DNA from: Octopus bimaculoides | Lineage: Eukaryota | DNA: 32,301 nt | NCBI RefSeq assembly: GCF_001194135.2 | Contig: NC_068983.1 | Location: forward strand, 53,963,414 to 53,995,714 | Direction of reading: 5' to 3' | In this document: in pieces, positions 9,862 through 21,086 of the stretch | Numbering within the stretch: position 1 is the first letter of the stretch | Layout of the letters: each line of letters begins with the position of its first letter | The notes under the pieces: generated by a model | What the model saw: only the letters and a program-made list of their open reading frames with translations | Databases searched by the model: none | Told to the model about the DNA's origin: nothing | Translations under genes and position numbers: made by a program

Positions 9862-11696
9862 TGGCTGTGTTGTAAGGAGTTTGCTTTCCAACCACATGGT
9901 TCTGGGTTCATTTCCTCTGTGTGGTTCCTCAGTCAAGTGTGTTCTACAATAGCCTCAAACCAACTAAAACCTTGTGAGTGGGTTCGGTAAACAGAAATTG
10001 AAAGAAGCCCATCATATATATTGTGTGTGTGTGCATCTATGTTTGTCCCCTGCCACTGGTTGACACCAGTGTTGGTGTGTTTACATCCTTGTGACATAGT
10101 AGTCTGGCAAAAGAGAATGATAGAATAAGAACCAGGGATTGATTCATTTAACTAAAATTCTTGAAAGTGGTGCCCCAACATGGCCTTAGCCTAATAACTG
10201 AAACAGTTAAAAGAATAATGGAAAGAATATTCTCCACGATATTTATTTTTTTACTTGTTCCAGTCATGGGACTGTGGCCATTCTGGAGCACTTCTGTGAA
10301 GGATTTTTGTTGAACAAATCAACCCTAGTATTTGTTCAGTTTTGTTAAATTTGGTACTTATTCTATCAGAGTTTTTTTGCTGGACTGCTACGTTATGAGG
10401 ACACAAACAAACCAACACCTGCTGGGGAATAAACACAAAGACACTCACAAACACACATTGAATAGGCACCCATGCAGTTTCCATCAACTAAACTTATTCA
10501 CAAAGCTTTGATCCCAGGGCTATAGTACTAGATGCTTGTCCAAAGTGCCTTGCTGTGGAATTGAACCTGAAAACACATGATTGAAAAGTGATCTTCTTAA
10601 GCACATAGCCATGCCTAAGATTTCCTTAAAATACACAGTGTAAAGTACCTGGGTAGTAGGTGAGTGATACCTGCATGTGCAAGGTTAGTGACTAGAGGTG
10701 TATTCACTGTAACTGTTCTTTTTTTGTTTTTAACCTTTTAGTCAAAAGGTAAAGGTAGTGCCCATGACACTTTACAGGGGTTCTAAGATTGGTGGATGGA
10801 AGGGAGGACAGGATCCTCCTAGGGAAAAACTGATCCAAATCCTTGCAACAAAAGTTCATTTTGTTCTACATTTCTGAGATGAAGAATTTATATTATTGAA
10901 CTATTTAACTTATATTATTGAACTCTATTTAACTTATATTATTGAACTCTATTTATTGAACTCTATTTATTGAACTCTATTCTTCTTATAATTGTTACTT
11001 TCATTGATCTTCTTAATATACAAAGTACTCTGTCTGTCTGTGTGTCCTCAATGCATGCTCAAACCTCTGGATGAATCTTTACCAAGGTGCATGAACAATT
11101 TGACCTTGGAAAGAATAATACAGTCGGGAATTATTTGTTTTTTATTAAAAATAAATAAAATTGCTCTCTATATAAAGATTCACTTCATCAAATCGTGTTT
11201 TCAACTTCCTGTGTTTGAAATTTCAGTCTTTAGCATCTAAATAAGCTATTTACATACACACGTCTATATACATCATTACAGTTGTCACGATTTCTGATAA
11301 AAAAAGAATTTCTGAAGGTACTTTCATGTCAAAAAATTTCATATGGAGACAGATGCCTTTTTCTCAATTAAATGAGGTACTATATATTGTACATTGATTT
11401 TCCAATACATATTTTGGACATTTTTGGAACAAGTCACCTTATTAAGACTTGATATTTCACATTTAAATCTCATGTGATTATTCTTGGTGCAAATCGAGTG
11501 AAAGTGTTACTAACACTTTCACTTAACTGTTTTGTCAATGTCAACATAGTCACTAAGTAACCAGCTATTTACACATACACGTAGGTATACATCATTACAG
11601 TTGTGATGATTTCAGATAAAAAAGAATTTCTGAAGTTACTTTCATTTTTTCATATTTTTCTCTGACTTTCTATTTGTGTATGATATAGACCTCTGA

Positions 11697-11737
<41 letters not shown>

Positions 11738-11742
11738 TGTGT

Positions 11743-11775
<33 letters not shown>

Positions 11776-11806
11776 GGAGAGANNNNNNNNNNGTGTGTGA
11801 GTGTGT

Positions 11807-11839
<33 letters not shown>

Positions 11840-12740
11840 GGAGAGAGAGAGAGAGAGAGAGAAAAAAAATTTCATTTAATTGATCAACTGTCAACAGGGC
11901 ATAACTACAAATTCCTGCCCCAACCCCAGCTTGGGATGATCATAACTTTCAGAAAAGTGGATATTTTTTAATGACATTTTCTACAAATATCTATTATATC
12001 ATCTACATTCTGAATATACAAAATTTTTTGGGGGGAAGTGTTTTAGGAAGGGTGAGGGAAGATTTTCGGAAAATTCACTTCAATTCACTTAACTTTCAGG
12101 AAAATGAATATATTTTAATGGAATTGTCTACAAATATACCTCAGACTATGTAGATTATGAGTATGTAGGAACTTTTGGGGAAAACAATTGGGGTTATATT
12201 TGAGAACTGTTCCCCACTCAGGGGTGTTTTGGAACACGCTGTCCATATTTGTTACATTTTCTCTGTTTGTGCATCTGTAGATCTCTACTGAAGCAACAGG
12301 CATTTTCAGGTACAACGTGCTCCAAATACTTACTGACAATTGAAGGTGATTGCAAAGACAAAGATCGACCTGGTTTTTTTAACAATTTTAACAGTGAGAT
12401 CATCGGATAAAACATGTTATTGACATTAATGTACCTCAGTTAATTACTGTTGAGAACTGCATAATCCAGGTTTCATTTTACTGAGAGATTTGAAAGGCAT
12501 ACTTCAATTTCATTATTTTCAATAACCTGAGAAACACCAGGTTATTAACATATAAAGGTGGTATCTCAGCTAGTAGGAAGAAAAACCTGCGTAGTCTATG
12601 TTTCATGTTAGAAATCTAAAAGGCATTTTTAAATTTCATTATTTTCTTTAAGCTGGACAACGCCGGGTATTTCTGTTAGTACACTTATAAAATAAACTAG
12701 CATGTATCTAACTATCTATCTATCAATATATAATATATAG

Positions 12741-12774
<34 letters not shown>

Positions 12775-14252
12775 TTAAAAGTTGATTTGTATATGTGTGT
12801 GTTTATGCTGTAAAATACTACTTACTCCTGCATTTTTAAGCATTTCACCAAATTTTTCTAACTGTGCTTTAACTTGTTTCTCTTCCTCTTTCATCATGTC
12901 GACCAAGATAGTCACATCAGCCATAACATAGGCTAAAAACAGGAGAAAAAAAAGACAACATAAGGAAAAAAAAATAAAGATAACCATAGTAAAAAGAACC
13001 AAATAAATGAATAAGTAATAAATAAATAAATAAGAACCATCTTCATAGGCAAGCATTACTTATTAAAGTCCACAAAATTAAATAATTTTCTGTTATAAGG
13101 GAAGGGTGNNNNNNNNNNNNNNNNNNNNNNNNNNNNNNNNNNNNNNNNNNNNNNNNNNNNNNNNNNNNNNNNNNNNNNNNNNNNNNNNNNNNNNNNNNNN
13201 NNNNNNNNNNNNNNNNNNNNNNNNNNNNNNNNNNNNNNNNNNNNNNNNNNNNNNNNNNNNNNNNNNNNNNNNNNNNNNNNNNNNNNNNNNNNNNNNNNNN
13301 NNNNNNNNNNNNNNNNNNNNNNNNNNNNNNNNNNNNNNNNNNNNNNNNNNNNNNNTTTATATATTACTTAGGATTACATCCTAAAAGAAAAGGCAAACGG
13401 AAATATAGTTATTGCATGGAATATTCTATCTTTAGAATTTCAAACTAAATATATTCTCACCCAACATTTCAGACATCATACTTCTATAAAGATTGAAGTT
13501 TTGTTTTTTTGTGTTTTAACCCTTTGGTTACCATATCTTTGCTGAAGTACTCTACCTTGGTTTCAATTAATTTTGAAAATTAAGAAGACTTTTGTAAAAT
13601 TACCATATTTGATGGTATTTAAGATGCATTTTTTTTGTTTCCAAAAAATGTCTCAAAAATTCAACCCAGGTTGAAAAGTTGGGCCATTACTACAGGCTTT
13701 AATGCACTAAAACTGCATTTCTTGAATATGTGCTGCTGAAGTAAGGATGCATCTACTATGCCTGTGCATCCAATATGACCATGCTTTTTTTTGGTGCCAC
13801 ATAAAAAGCACCCAGTGCACTCTGTAAAAGTGGTTGGTATTAGGAAACCAAGCTAAAACAGACTATGGAACCTGGTTCAGCTCTCCAAGTAGCAAGCGCC
13901 TGTCAAACCATCCAACCCATACCAGCATGGAAAACAGACTTTAAATGGTGGTAATGATGATGAAACCCAGCATGTTATTAATCAAGCTGTCATTTGGAAC
14001 ATAAATTAAAACAAAATTTCAAAGGAGGGTTTTAATTAAAAATTACTTTGTTTAAATTTGAAATCATATTTTAAAACAGGACATTTTTATCATAGATTCA
14101 AGGCAGGTTCTGATAGGTTGGTGCCAAAAGGGTTAATCAGAAGAGCAAAAATTACATAACCTTGTACTTACGAGAATGTGTAATGGACTGAAACTCTGGG
14201 CAGTAAACCAAAATGATATGGTCATTTTGTCTGTAGACTTGTTCCATGTACC
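9379..14252 (-). CDS. Universal stress protein A-like (Usp domain), spliced and 5'-partial: join(14252-14172, 12932-12826, 9612-9379)
   Basis: Three GT-AG exons join in frame to give (W)YMEQVYRQNDHIILVYCPEFQSITHSPYVMADVTILVDMMKEEEKQVKAQLEKFGEMLKNAGVGGKVKSINGRPGEVIVNVAKEDNASLIVTGTRGMGTIRRTLVGSISDYVIHHSPVPVLVCRSKDHHGKEHHGKEHH*. It contains the USP hallmarks GxPGE and GTRGMGTIRRTLVGS (G-2x-G-9x-GS) and the C-terminal PVLV strand. The first coding exon is missing. Confidence 0.92.
9858..10215 (+). mobile_element. SINE family C, degenerate full length
   Basis: gagtgtggctgtgttgtaag ... ggtgccccaacatggcc...gaaacagttaaaaga. Confidence 0.7.
10242..10617 (-). mobile_element. SINE family C, degenerate full length, tail-to-tail with the previous copy
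   Basis: tttttacttgttccagtcat...gtggccattctggagcac ... cttcttaagcacatagccatgcct. Confidence 0.7.
10888..10981. repeat. Nested short tandem repeat of tattgaact(ct)att, five copies
   Basis: Motif starts at 10894, 10916, 10940, 10954 and 10968 (spacing 22, 24, 14, 14). Confidence 0.85.
11008..12679 (+). mobile_element. Non-autonomous Helitron-like element in the last USP intron
   Basis: 5' end A|TCTTCTTAATATACAAAG...TGTCTGTCTGTGTGTCC...ATGCATGCTCAAACC; 3' end GCTGGACAACGCCGGGTATTTCTGTTAG|T (degenerate hairpin plus CTAG-like end). A-T target, no TSD, internal subrepeats. Confidence 0.6.
12826..12932 (-). CDS. USP gene internal exon (107 bp, phase 1 to 0)
   Basis: Acceptor ctgtttttag|CC, donor GGA|gtaagt. 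Encodes (P)YVMADVTILVDMMKEEEKQVKAQLEKFGEMLKNAG. Phases match both neighbouring exons. Confidence 0.9.
13520..14132. mobile_element. piggyBac-like MITE (TTAA target) containing a family D SINE fragment (about 13790-13962)
   Basis: TTAA|CCCTTTGGTTACC ... GGTGCCAAAAGGG|TTAA (TTAA at 13516-19 and 14133-36). Confidence 0.6.
14172..14252 (-). CDS. USP gene internal exon (81 bp, phase 1 to 1)
   Basis: Acceptor tcttttctttag|GG, donor TCTC|gtaagt. Encodes (W)YMEQVYRQNDHIILVYCPEFQSITHS(P), matching the USP alpha1/beta2 region. Confidence 0.88.
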
Positions 14253-14491
14253 CTAAAGAAAAGATTTAAATAAAGGGAGATAATATTAGAACCAGCATAC
14301 AGAAGAAAGCGCACAAGTAAAGATGAAATGAGCATAAGATTAAATGCCTTAGAACACAGGTTTTCTATGTGGGCAGTACAGCCCTCAAGGCATGTCCTTA
14401 GGGACATTAGGGTCTAGGAAGTAATGATGGGGATGGTGAAGTAACGACTAAATTTTTACCTACAACAATATATTATATATGATAAAACTCT

Positions 14492-14709
14492 GGTACTTTT
14501 TGGTTATTTCACCCCCGTTAAAAAATGGGGTTATTTCCCATATGTACAAAAAAAAATAACATCGCTTTTTTTCAAGTGAGCTTTATGTATGTCTTACCCT
14601 CCTTTTTTTTTTTTTTTTTCTATTCCAGCTTGTGAGTCACTTAAACTCATGGGCCTTGGGCCGCTGCCCTGGCTAACCTCCACCTCTTCTCAATGGGACT
14701 GTATGTATA

Positions 14710-14744
<35 letters not shown>

Positions 14745-15179
14745 NNNNNNNNNNNNNNNNNTATATGCGAGTAAAAATAAATACAAAAAAAGGGGGTTTT
14801 TTTGTATGATTGTGTATAGAGGAATATATTATTTTGTTTAAAAGAGTTCCAACACTGTCTGTTTTTTATGTTTTCTTTATATTCCTTGTGGTATTTCATA
14901 TTTTCTATACTTTGTAGTATTTCATCATGGCCGGTATGACAGACTTTAACAGACTGTATATATATATATAGTGTATGCAATATATGTCTACGTATATATA
15001 TATGTATGTAATATATATATGTCTATATATAGAGAGATATATGGATGTATGTATGTGTGTGTTTATGTGTATGAATGTCTATGTGTGTTTGGAAATGAAC
15101 TCAGCTCACTTGAAAAAAAGTGGTTTTTATATATGGGAGATAACCCACGTTTTTAGTTGGGAGATAACCAAAAGGTACC
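14492..15179. mobile_element. Foldback/MITE-like element with 77-91 bp imperfect inverted arms
   Basis: 14492-14582 (ggtactttttggttatttc...gctttttttcaagtgagct) is the inverted counterpart of 15103-15179 (agctcacttgaaaaaaag...gataaccaaaaggtacc). Confidence 0.7.
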
Positions 15180-15307
15180 GATAAATTTACAACTTTTGTT
15201 GTTTTTCGTTTTTTTTTTTATCATTTCCAGTTAAAAGCTTATACAATCCATTTTTGGAAAATAAGAAATCCCAAACCTTACAAATTCTTAGGCAGGTATC
15301 ATCTTTT

Positions 15308-15657
15308 ACTTGTCTTTTACAAGTTTTAGATTGTGATCATGCTGGAGCACCACCGTGAAGAACTTTAGTCGAATGAATCAAGTACAGTACTTAATGTCTT
15401 TCTTAAGTCTGGTACTTATTTTGTCAATCTCTTTTGCAAAACTGCTAAGTTACAGGTACATAAGCACAGGCACAAAGAGACACACATAAATATATACATA
15501 TATATATTAACAGTGGGCTTCTTTCAGTTTCTATCTACCAAATTCGTTCACAAGGCTTTGGTTAACTTGGAGCCATAATAGAAGACACTTTCCCAAGATG
15601 TCACATGGAACCGTGTGGTTGAGAAGCAAACTTCTTACCACATAGCCACACCTGCAC
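15308..15657 (-). mobile_element. SINE family C
   Basis: ttttacttg...catgctggagcacc ... cttcttaccacatagccacacctgcac. Confidence 0.7.
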
Positions 15658-15702
15658 TTATGAATATATTACATATATATATATAATGTGTGTGTGTGTA
15701 TG

Positions 15703-15743
<41 letters not shown>

Positions 15744-15843
15744 CAGTAACATCCACCCCTAGGGGTTAGCCACACTTAAGTGGCAATACACTTCACTTTA
15801 TCGTGCAGTTACTGTTAATACTTCATTTAGAGAATTAACATTG

Positions 15844-15882
<39 letters not shown>

Positions 15883-16318
15883 ACACACATCATATATCAA
15901 ATTATTGTTTTGATTTGAAGACTGCGTGAGGAAACATGACCTAATGGTTAGGGTGTTTGGCACATGGTCACAATGTCATGGGTTCGTTTCCTAGACAGGG
16001 TAGTGTGTTTTGTGTCTTTGGGCAAAGTACTTCACTCGAGTGCGTTACTTTGCTCCATGTTGCTCCAGTCTGATTAACTGATAATACCTCCCCCCCAAAA
16101 CTAAGGAAATCCCTACCACCTCCCAAATCTTTATTATCAAGGAAACCTAAGAGTTTGCATCTCCTATAACAGATGCAGACGTGGTTGAAAAGATTGCTTC
16201 CCAAACACATGGTTTCAGGTTCAATTCAATGCATAGCACCTTAGGCAAGAGTCTTCTGCTGTAACTTTGGTCTGACCAAAGCCTTGTGAATGCATTTGGT
16301 AGACAGAAACTGAAATAA

Positions 16319-16783
16319 GGCGGCGAGCTGGCAGAAACGTTAGCACGCCCGGCAAAATGCTTAGCGGTATTTTGTCTGCCGTTACATTCTGAGTTCAAAT
16401 TCTGCCGAGGTTGACTTTGCCTTTCATCCTTTTGGGGTCGATAAATTAAGTACCAGTTATGTACTGGAGTCGATGCAATCGACATAATCCCTTTGTCTGT
16501 CCTTGTTTGTCCCCTCTATGTTTAGCCCCTTGTGGGCAATAAAGAAATAAGAAACTGAATAAGTCGGTGAGCTGGCAGAAATGTTAGCACGCCGGGAGAA
16601 ATGCTTAGCGGTATTTCATGTTTTTACGTTCTGAGTTCAAATTCCGCCGAGGTCAACTTTGCCTTTCATCCTTTCGGGGTCAATAAATTAAGTACCAGTT
16701 ACGTACTGGTTTGATGCAATCGACTTTGTCTGTCCTTGTTTGTCCCCTCTATGTTTAGCCCCTTGTGGGCAATAAAGAAATAA
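16319..16783 (+). mobile_element. Tandem dimer of SINE family A (16319-16550 and 16563-16783), inserted in a family E SINE (about 16169-17035)
   Basis: tRNA-like head GGCGGCGAGCTGGCAG with B box GAGTTCAAATT, central GCCTTTCATCCTTTCGGGGTCGATAAATTAAGTACC, tail AATAAAGAAATAA. The target GAAACTGAA is repeated three times. Confidence 0.85.
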
Positions 16784-17724
16784 GAAACTGAAAAAGGTAT
16801 AGTGTGAATGTGTGTGTATATCCATGTATGTGGTTTTCTCCTTGTCTTGACACTGGATTATAGTTGTAAATGAGAATCACTACTGTTGTTTAAGCAGATT
16901 TCTATAAAACCAGATTTCTATAAAAACATGTCTGGTCATGGGGATATAACTGTAGAAAATCTGCCTTGATGAATTCTATCTGATCCATGCAAACGCAGAA
17001 AGATGGACATTAAAATGATGATGACAATGATGATGTTAAATATAGCTCCAGGGAAAAACTGAAGCAAAGCATACCTGGTAAAATTGCATGAGTAAAATTA
17101 CACTAAAGCTCTCTACCCTATTTAAGTTTGATTTGGCAGAACATACAGAAGTTGGCTAATAATAACAAGTATGTATGAAGTTCTTGAAAAGGAAAGAACA
17201 AGGAAATACATTTGGTGTTGAATTAAATAACAGAAGTTGGCAGATGCACAATCTATGAAATTATAACTGATTATGCAGCTGTACTTCAAGTATTATGTAT
17301 TGGTGACCATCCAGTTTAATAACTTCTTTCCATATTAATACCACTGCACAAGAGACTTAAGAGTTTAGTCTCTAGCTTTAATATAACAATGTACAACCAA
17401 ATAACAGTAGCTGCAAAATTAATCTGTAATCTTACAGAAAATATCATACATGTGTGTGTGTGTGTGAATATAGATATCTTTTATACTGTTATCTTGCTTC
17501 AGTCATTGGACTGCAGCCATACTGAGGCTCCAACTTGAAAGCTTTATTTTTGTTTGTTTCTTTTAAAGTCTGGTATTTGTGTCTTATTGGTCTCTTTTGC
17601 TGAACCACTAAGTTATAAGGACATAAACAAACCAACACTGGTTGTCAAGCAATCGGGGAGCAAACACATAGACACACACATATATATATCCCTTACATAT
17701 ATATATATATATATATATATATGT

Positions 17725-17932
17725 CTTTACTCCTTTACTTGTTTCAGTCATTTGACTGCGGCCATGCTGGAGCACCACGTTTAGTCGAGCAAATCGACCC
17801 CAGGACTTATTCTTTGTAAGCCTAGTACTTATTCTATCGATCTCTTTTGCCGAACCGCTAAGTTATGGGGGACGTAAACACATCACCATCGGTTGTCAAG
17901 TGATGATGGGGGGGACAAACACAGACACACAA

Positions 17933-17965
<33 letters not shown>

Positions 17966-18240
17966 TNNNNNNNNNNNNNNNNNNNNNNNNNNNNNNNNNN
18001 NNNNNNNNNNNNNNNNNNNNNNNNNNNNNNNNNNNNNNNNNNNNNNNNNNNNNNNNNNNNNNNNNNNNNNNNNNNNNNNNNNNNNNNNNNNNNNNNNNNN
18101 NNNNNNNNNNNNNNNNNNNNNNNNNNNNNNNNNNNNNNNNNNNNNNNNNNNNNNNNNNNNNNNNNNNNNNNNNNNNNNNNNNNNNNNNNNNNNNNNNNNN
18201 NNNNNNNNNNNNNNNNNNNNNNNNNNNNNNAGTATATTTA

Positions 18241-18310
<70 letters not shown>

Positions 18311-18470
18311 TATACATGATAGGCTTCCACACAGTTTCTGTCAAACAAATTCACTCACAAGGCATGATCGGCTTGATGCTGTAGTAGAAAACACTTTACC
18401 AGGGTGCCACACAGTGGGAGTGCACCTGAAAGCACATGGTTCCAAAGAGACCTCCTTCACCACATAAACA
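17725..18470 (-). mobile_element. SINE family C (spans an N gap); a second partial copy lies at about 17478-17680
   Basis: Reverse complement of the family C tail (17725-17940) and head (18316-18470). Confidence 0.75.
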
Positions 18471-18910
18471 TGTCCGTACATATATATATCATCCTCATCA
18501 TTGTTTCAGCATCCACTTTTCCATGTTTGAATGAGTTAGGTGGAATTTGTTAAGATAGATTTTTGGATGCCCTTCCAGTTGCCAACCTTCACCTGTTTCC
18601 AAATAAGGTAATATTTCCTCATAACAGGACATGCCCTCACAGTATATTAGAAATGAAAGATGCAGCCGGCACTAGGCTGACACTCATTTACAACTATCAC
18701 ATGATGCTAAAGCAAGGAGACACTACTCTTCCCCCACACATACACACAAAATGGGATTCTTTCAATTTCCATCTATCAAATTCGCTCACAAGGCCTTGGT
18801 CAACCTAGGATCATTGTAGAAGACACTTGCCCAAGGTGCAATTCAGTGGGATTGAATCTAGAACCATGTGGTTGGGAAGCAAGCTTCTTACCACAGAGCC
18901 ATGCCTGCAC

Positions 18911-18951
<41 letters not shown>

Positions 18952-19031
18952 TTGCTTGAAGTCCCATGGCATGTTTTTAAATTCTACCAACTTAAAGTAT
19001 TGAAAAGCATGAAACTATTAACAAGATAGGT

Positions 19032-19425
19032 GTAGGAGTGGCTGTGTGGTAAGTAGCTTGCTTACCAACCACATGGTTCCGGGTTCAGTCCCACTGCGTG
19101 GCATCTTGGGCAAGTGCCTTCTACTATAGCCTCGGGCTGACCAAAGCCTTGTGAGTGGATTTGGTAGATGGAAACTGAAAGAAGCCCATCGTATATATGT
19201 ATGTGTGTATGTGTTTGTGTGTCTATGTTTGTCCCTCCAATATCGCTTGACAACCGATGCTGGTGTGTTTACGTCCCCACAACTTAGCGGTTCAGCACAA
19301 GAGACCGATAGAATAAGTACAAGGCTTCCAAAGAATAAGTCCTGCGGTCGAGTTGCTTGACTAAAGGCGGTGCTCCAGCATGGCCATAGTCAAAAGACTG
19401 AAAGAAGTAAAAGAGTAAAAGAGTA
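19032..19425 (+). mobile_element. SINE family C, full length (tRNA-like head, CORE-like segment, internal microsatellite, RTE-like tail)
   Basis: A box TGGCTGTGTGG, B box GGTTCAGTCCC, CTTGGGCAAGTG core, tail GGTGCTCCAGCATGGCC...GTAAAAGAGTAAAAGAGTA. There are many homologous copies in the window. Confidence 0.85.
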
Positions 19426-19487
19426 AGTCTTTCGTAATATGATATATATGTGTGTGTGTGTGTGTGTGCAAATATGTATATACACAA

Positions 19488-19520
<33 letters not shown>

Positions 19521-20736
19521 TGATATACACACTGTCACAAGGTGTCTATTATATAGCCCAAAATAAATACAAATATCCTATACAAAGATGAAAGAAAATT
19601 GATCGATATCAGTGTTCAGTGGTACAATAAACATTTCCTCTAAATTATATTGTTACATCACAGTAAATAATCTCTGATTTTTTTGTTTTTTTTATTGTTA
19701 TTATCTTTATTTCTTATCATACTCTGAGAATCTAACAATCGTCGGTTAAGATTCCAGGAGAAATATTCACAGAAATTCAGTCTGCTGAATTAATGCAAGC
19801 CATCTTTGTGTGAACAGCTCTCTAACCGATTCTCATATCACCAGAAAAGTAATCAATAATAGATAATGTATTCTCTCAGGTGAAACTAGTAAATTTCGTT
19901 TTTGTATTTGGTTTTTAAGATTCTTGATGTGAAGAAATGTTGAAACAGATTTTGTTGTATCTTGGGAGGGTCATTATGCCAGCAGTAGACTCTCACACAC
20001 ACACACACATACACACTCATTCTATTTCACTTCTTTTATTAATATTTGTCAGGTGGGAAGCAGGCAGAATCATTAGCATGCCAGGTGAAATGTTTAGCAG
20101 CATTTCATCTGTCTTCATAATCTGAGTTCAAATTCTGCTGGGGTCAGCTTTGCTTTTGGTCTTTTGGAAGTCAATAAAAAAAAGTACCAGTTGAATACTG
20201 GGGTCGACATAATCAACTTAGTCCTTCCCCATGACCTGCTGGCTTTGTGCTAACATTTGAAACCAATAATAGTCTGTTGGTTAACCATTTACGCAATTAA
20301 CTAATCGATTGATTGCTTAACCATTCTGTCAATGAATCAATCAGTTAATTTTATTAAAATCCCATTCTCTGCCAGGAGCAGAGAGGCCATATCAATGATG
20401 AGGTTATGAATGGCAATGAAAGGACGTGAAATTTAAGCGTCTACATGTTCACCAGCAAACCAGTGAAGATGGGGAAGCTTCAGATATGGTCATTCGATCT
20501 GCTAGAAATAGCAGCCAAATATTTTTTAATTTATTCTCTATCACCACCTCCAGCACCACTACCATCACTATCACTTAATGTCCATCTTCCAAGCTGGCAT
20601 GGGTTGTACAGTTTGACAGGATCTATTTGCAACAGCGTCTGCATTCACTTGATTTCTACAGCCAAATGCTCTTCCCTTCCTGCCATCTTAAAAAATAGGA
20701 ACACATTTCATCCTAGGTGGCTGTACATTGGTAAAA

Positions 20737-21086
20737 GTTGTTGGCACTCCGTCGCTTACGACGTCGAGAGTTCCAATTGATTCGATCAACGGAACAGCCT
20801 TCTTGTGAAATTAACATGCAAGTGGCTGAGCAATCCACAGACACGTGTACCCTTAACGCGGGGATATTCAGCGTGACACAGTGTGACAAGGCTGACCCTT
20901 TGAATTACAGGCACAACAGAAACTGGAAGTAAGAGTGAGAGAAAGTTGTGGTGAAAGAGTACAGCAGGTTTCGCCACCATCCCCTGCCGGAGCCACGTGG
21001 AGCTTTAGGTGCTTTCACTCAATAAACACTCTGGGAATTGAAACCGCGAGTCCGCTGCCCTAACCACTGGGCCATTGCGCCTCCAC
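20737..21086 (-). mobile_element. SINE family B
   Basis: Colinear with 815-1196 (ggaacagcc...aagggtacac...ggcgcaatggcccagtggttaggg). Confidence 0.8.

Noticed and set aside
12775-13056. ORF-track 93-aa protein with a hydrophobic N-terminus (apparent membrane protein)
   Set aside because: Only 12826-12932 is exon. The hydrophobic part is the T-rich intron / polypyrimidine tract.
17090-17340. Stop-riddled frame with 'ITEVGRCTIYEIITD', faintly like a Tigger/pogo HTH
   Set aside because: The similarity is too weak to support by eye and no TIRs were found. It would need a translated HMM search.
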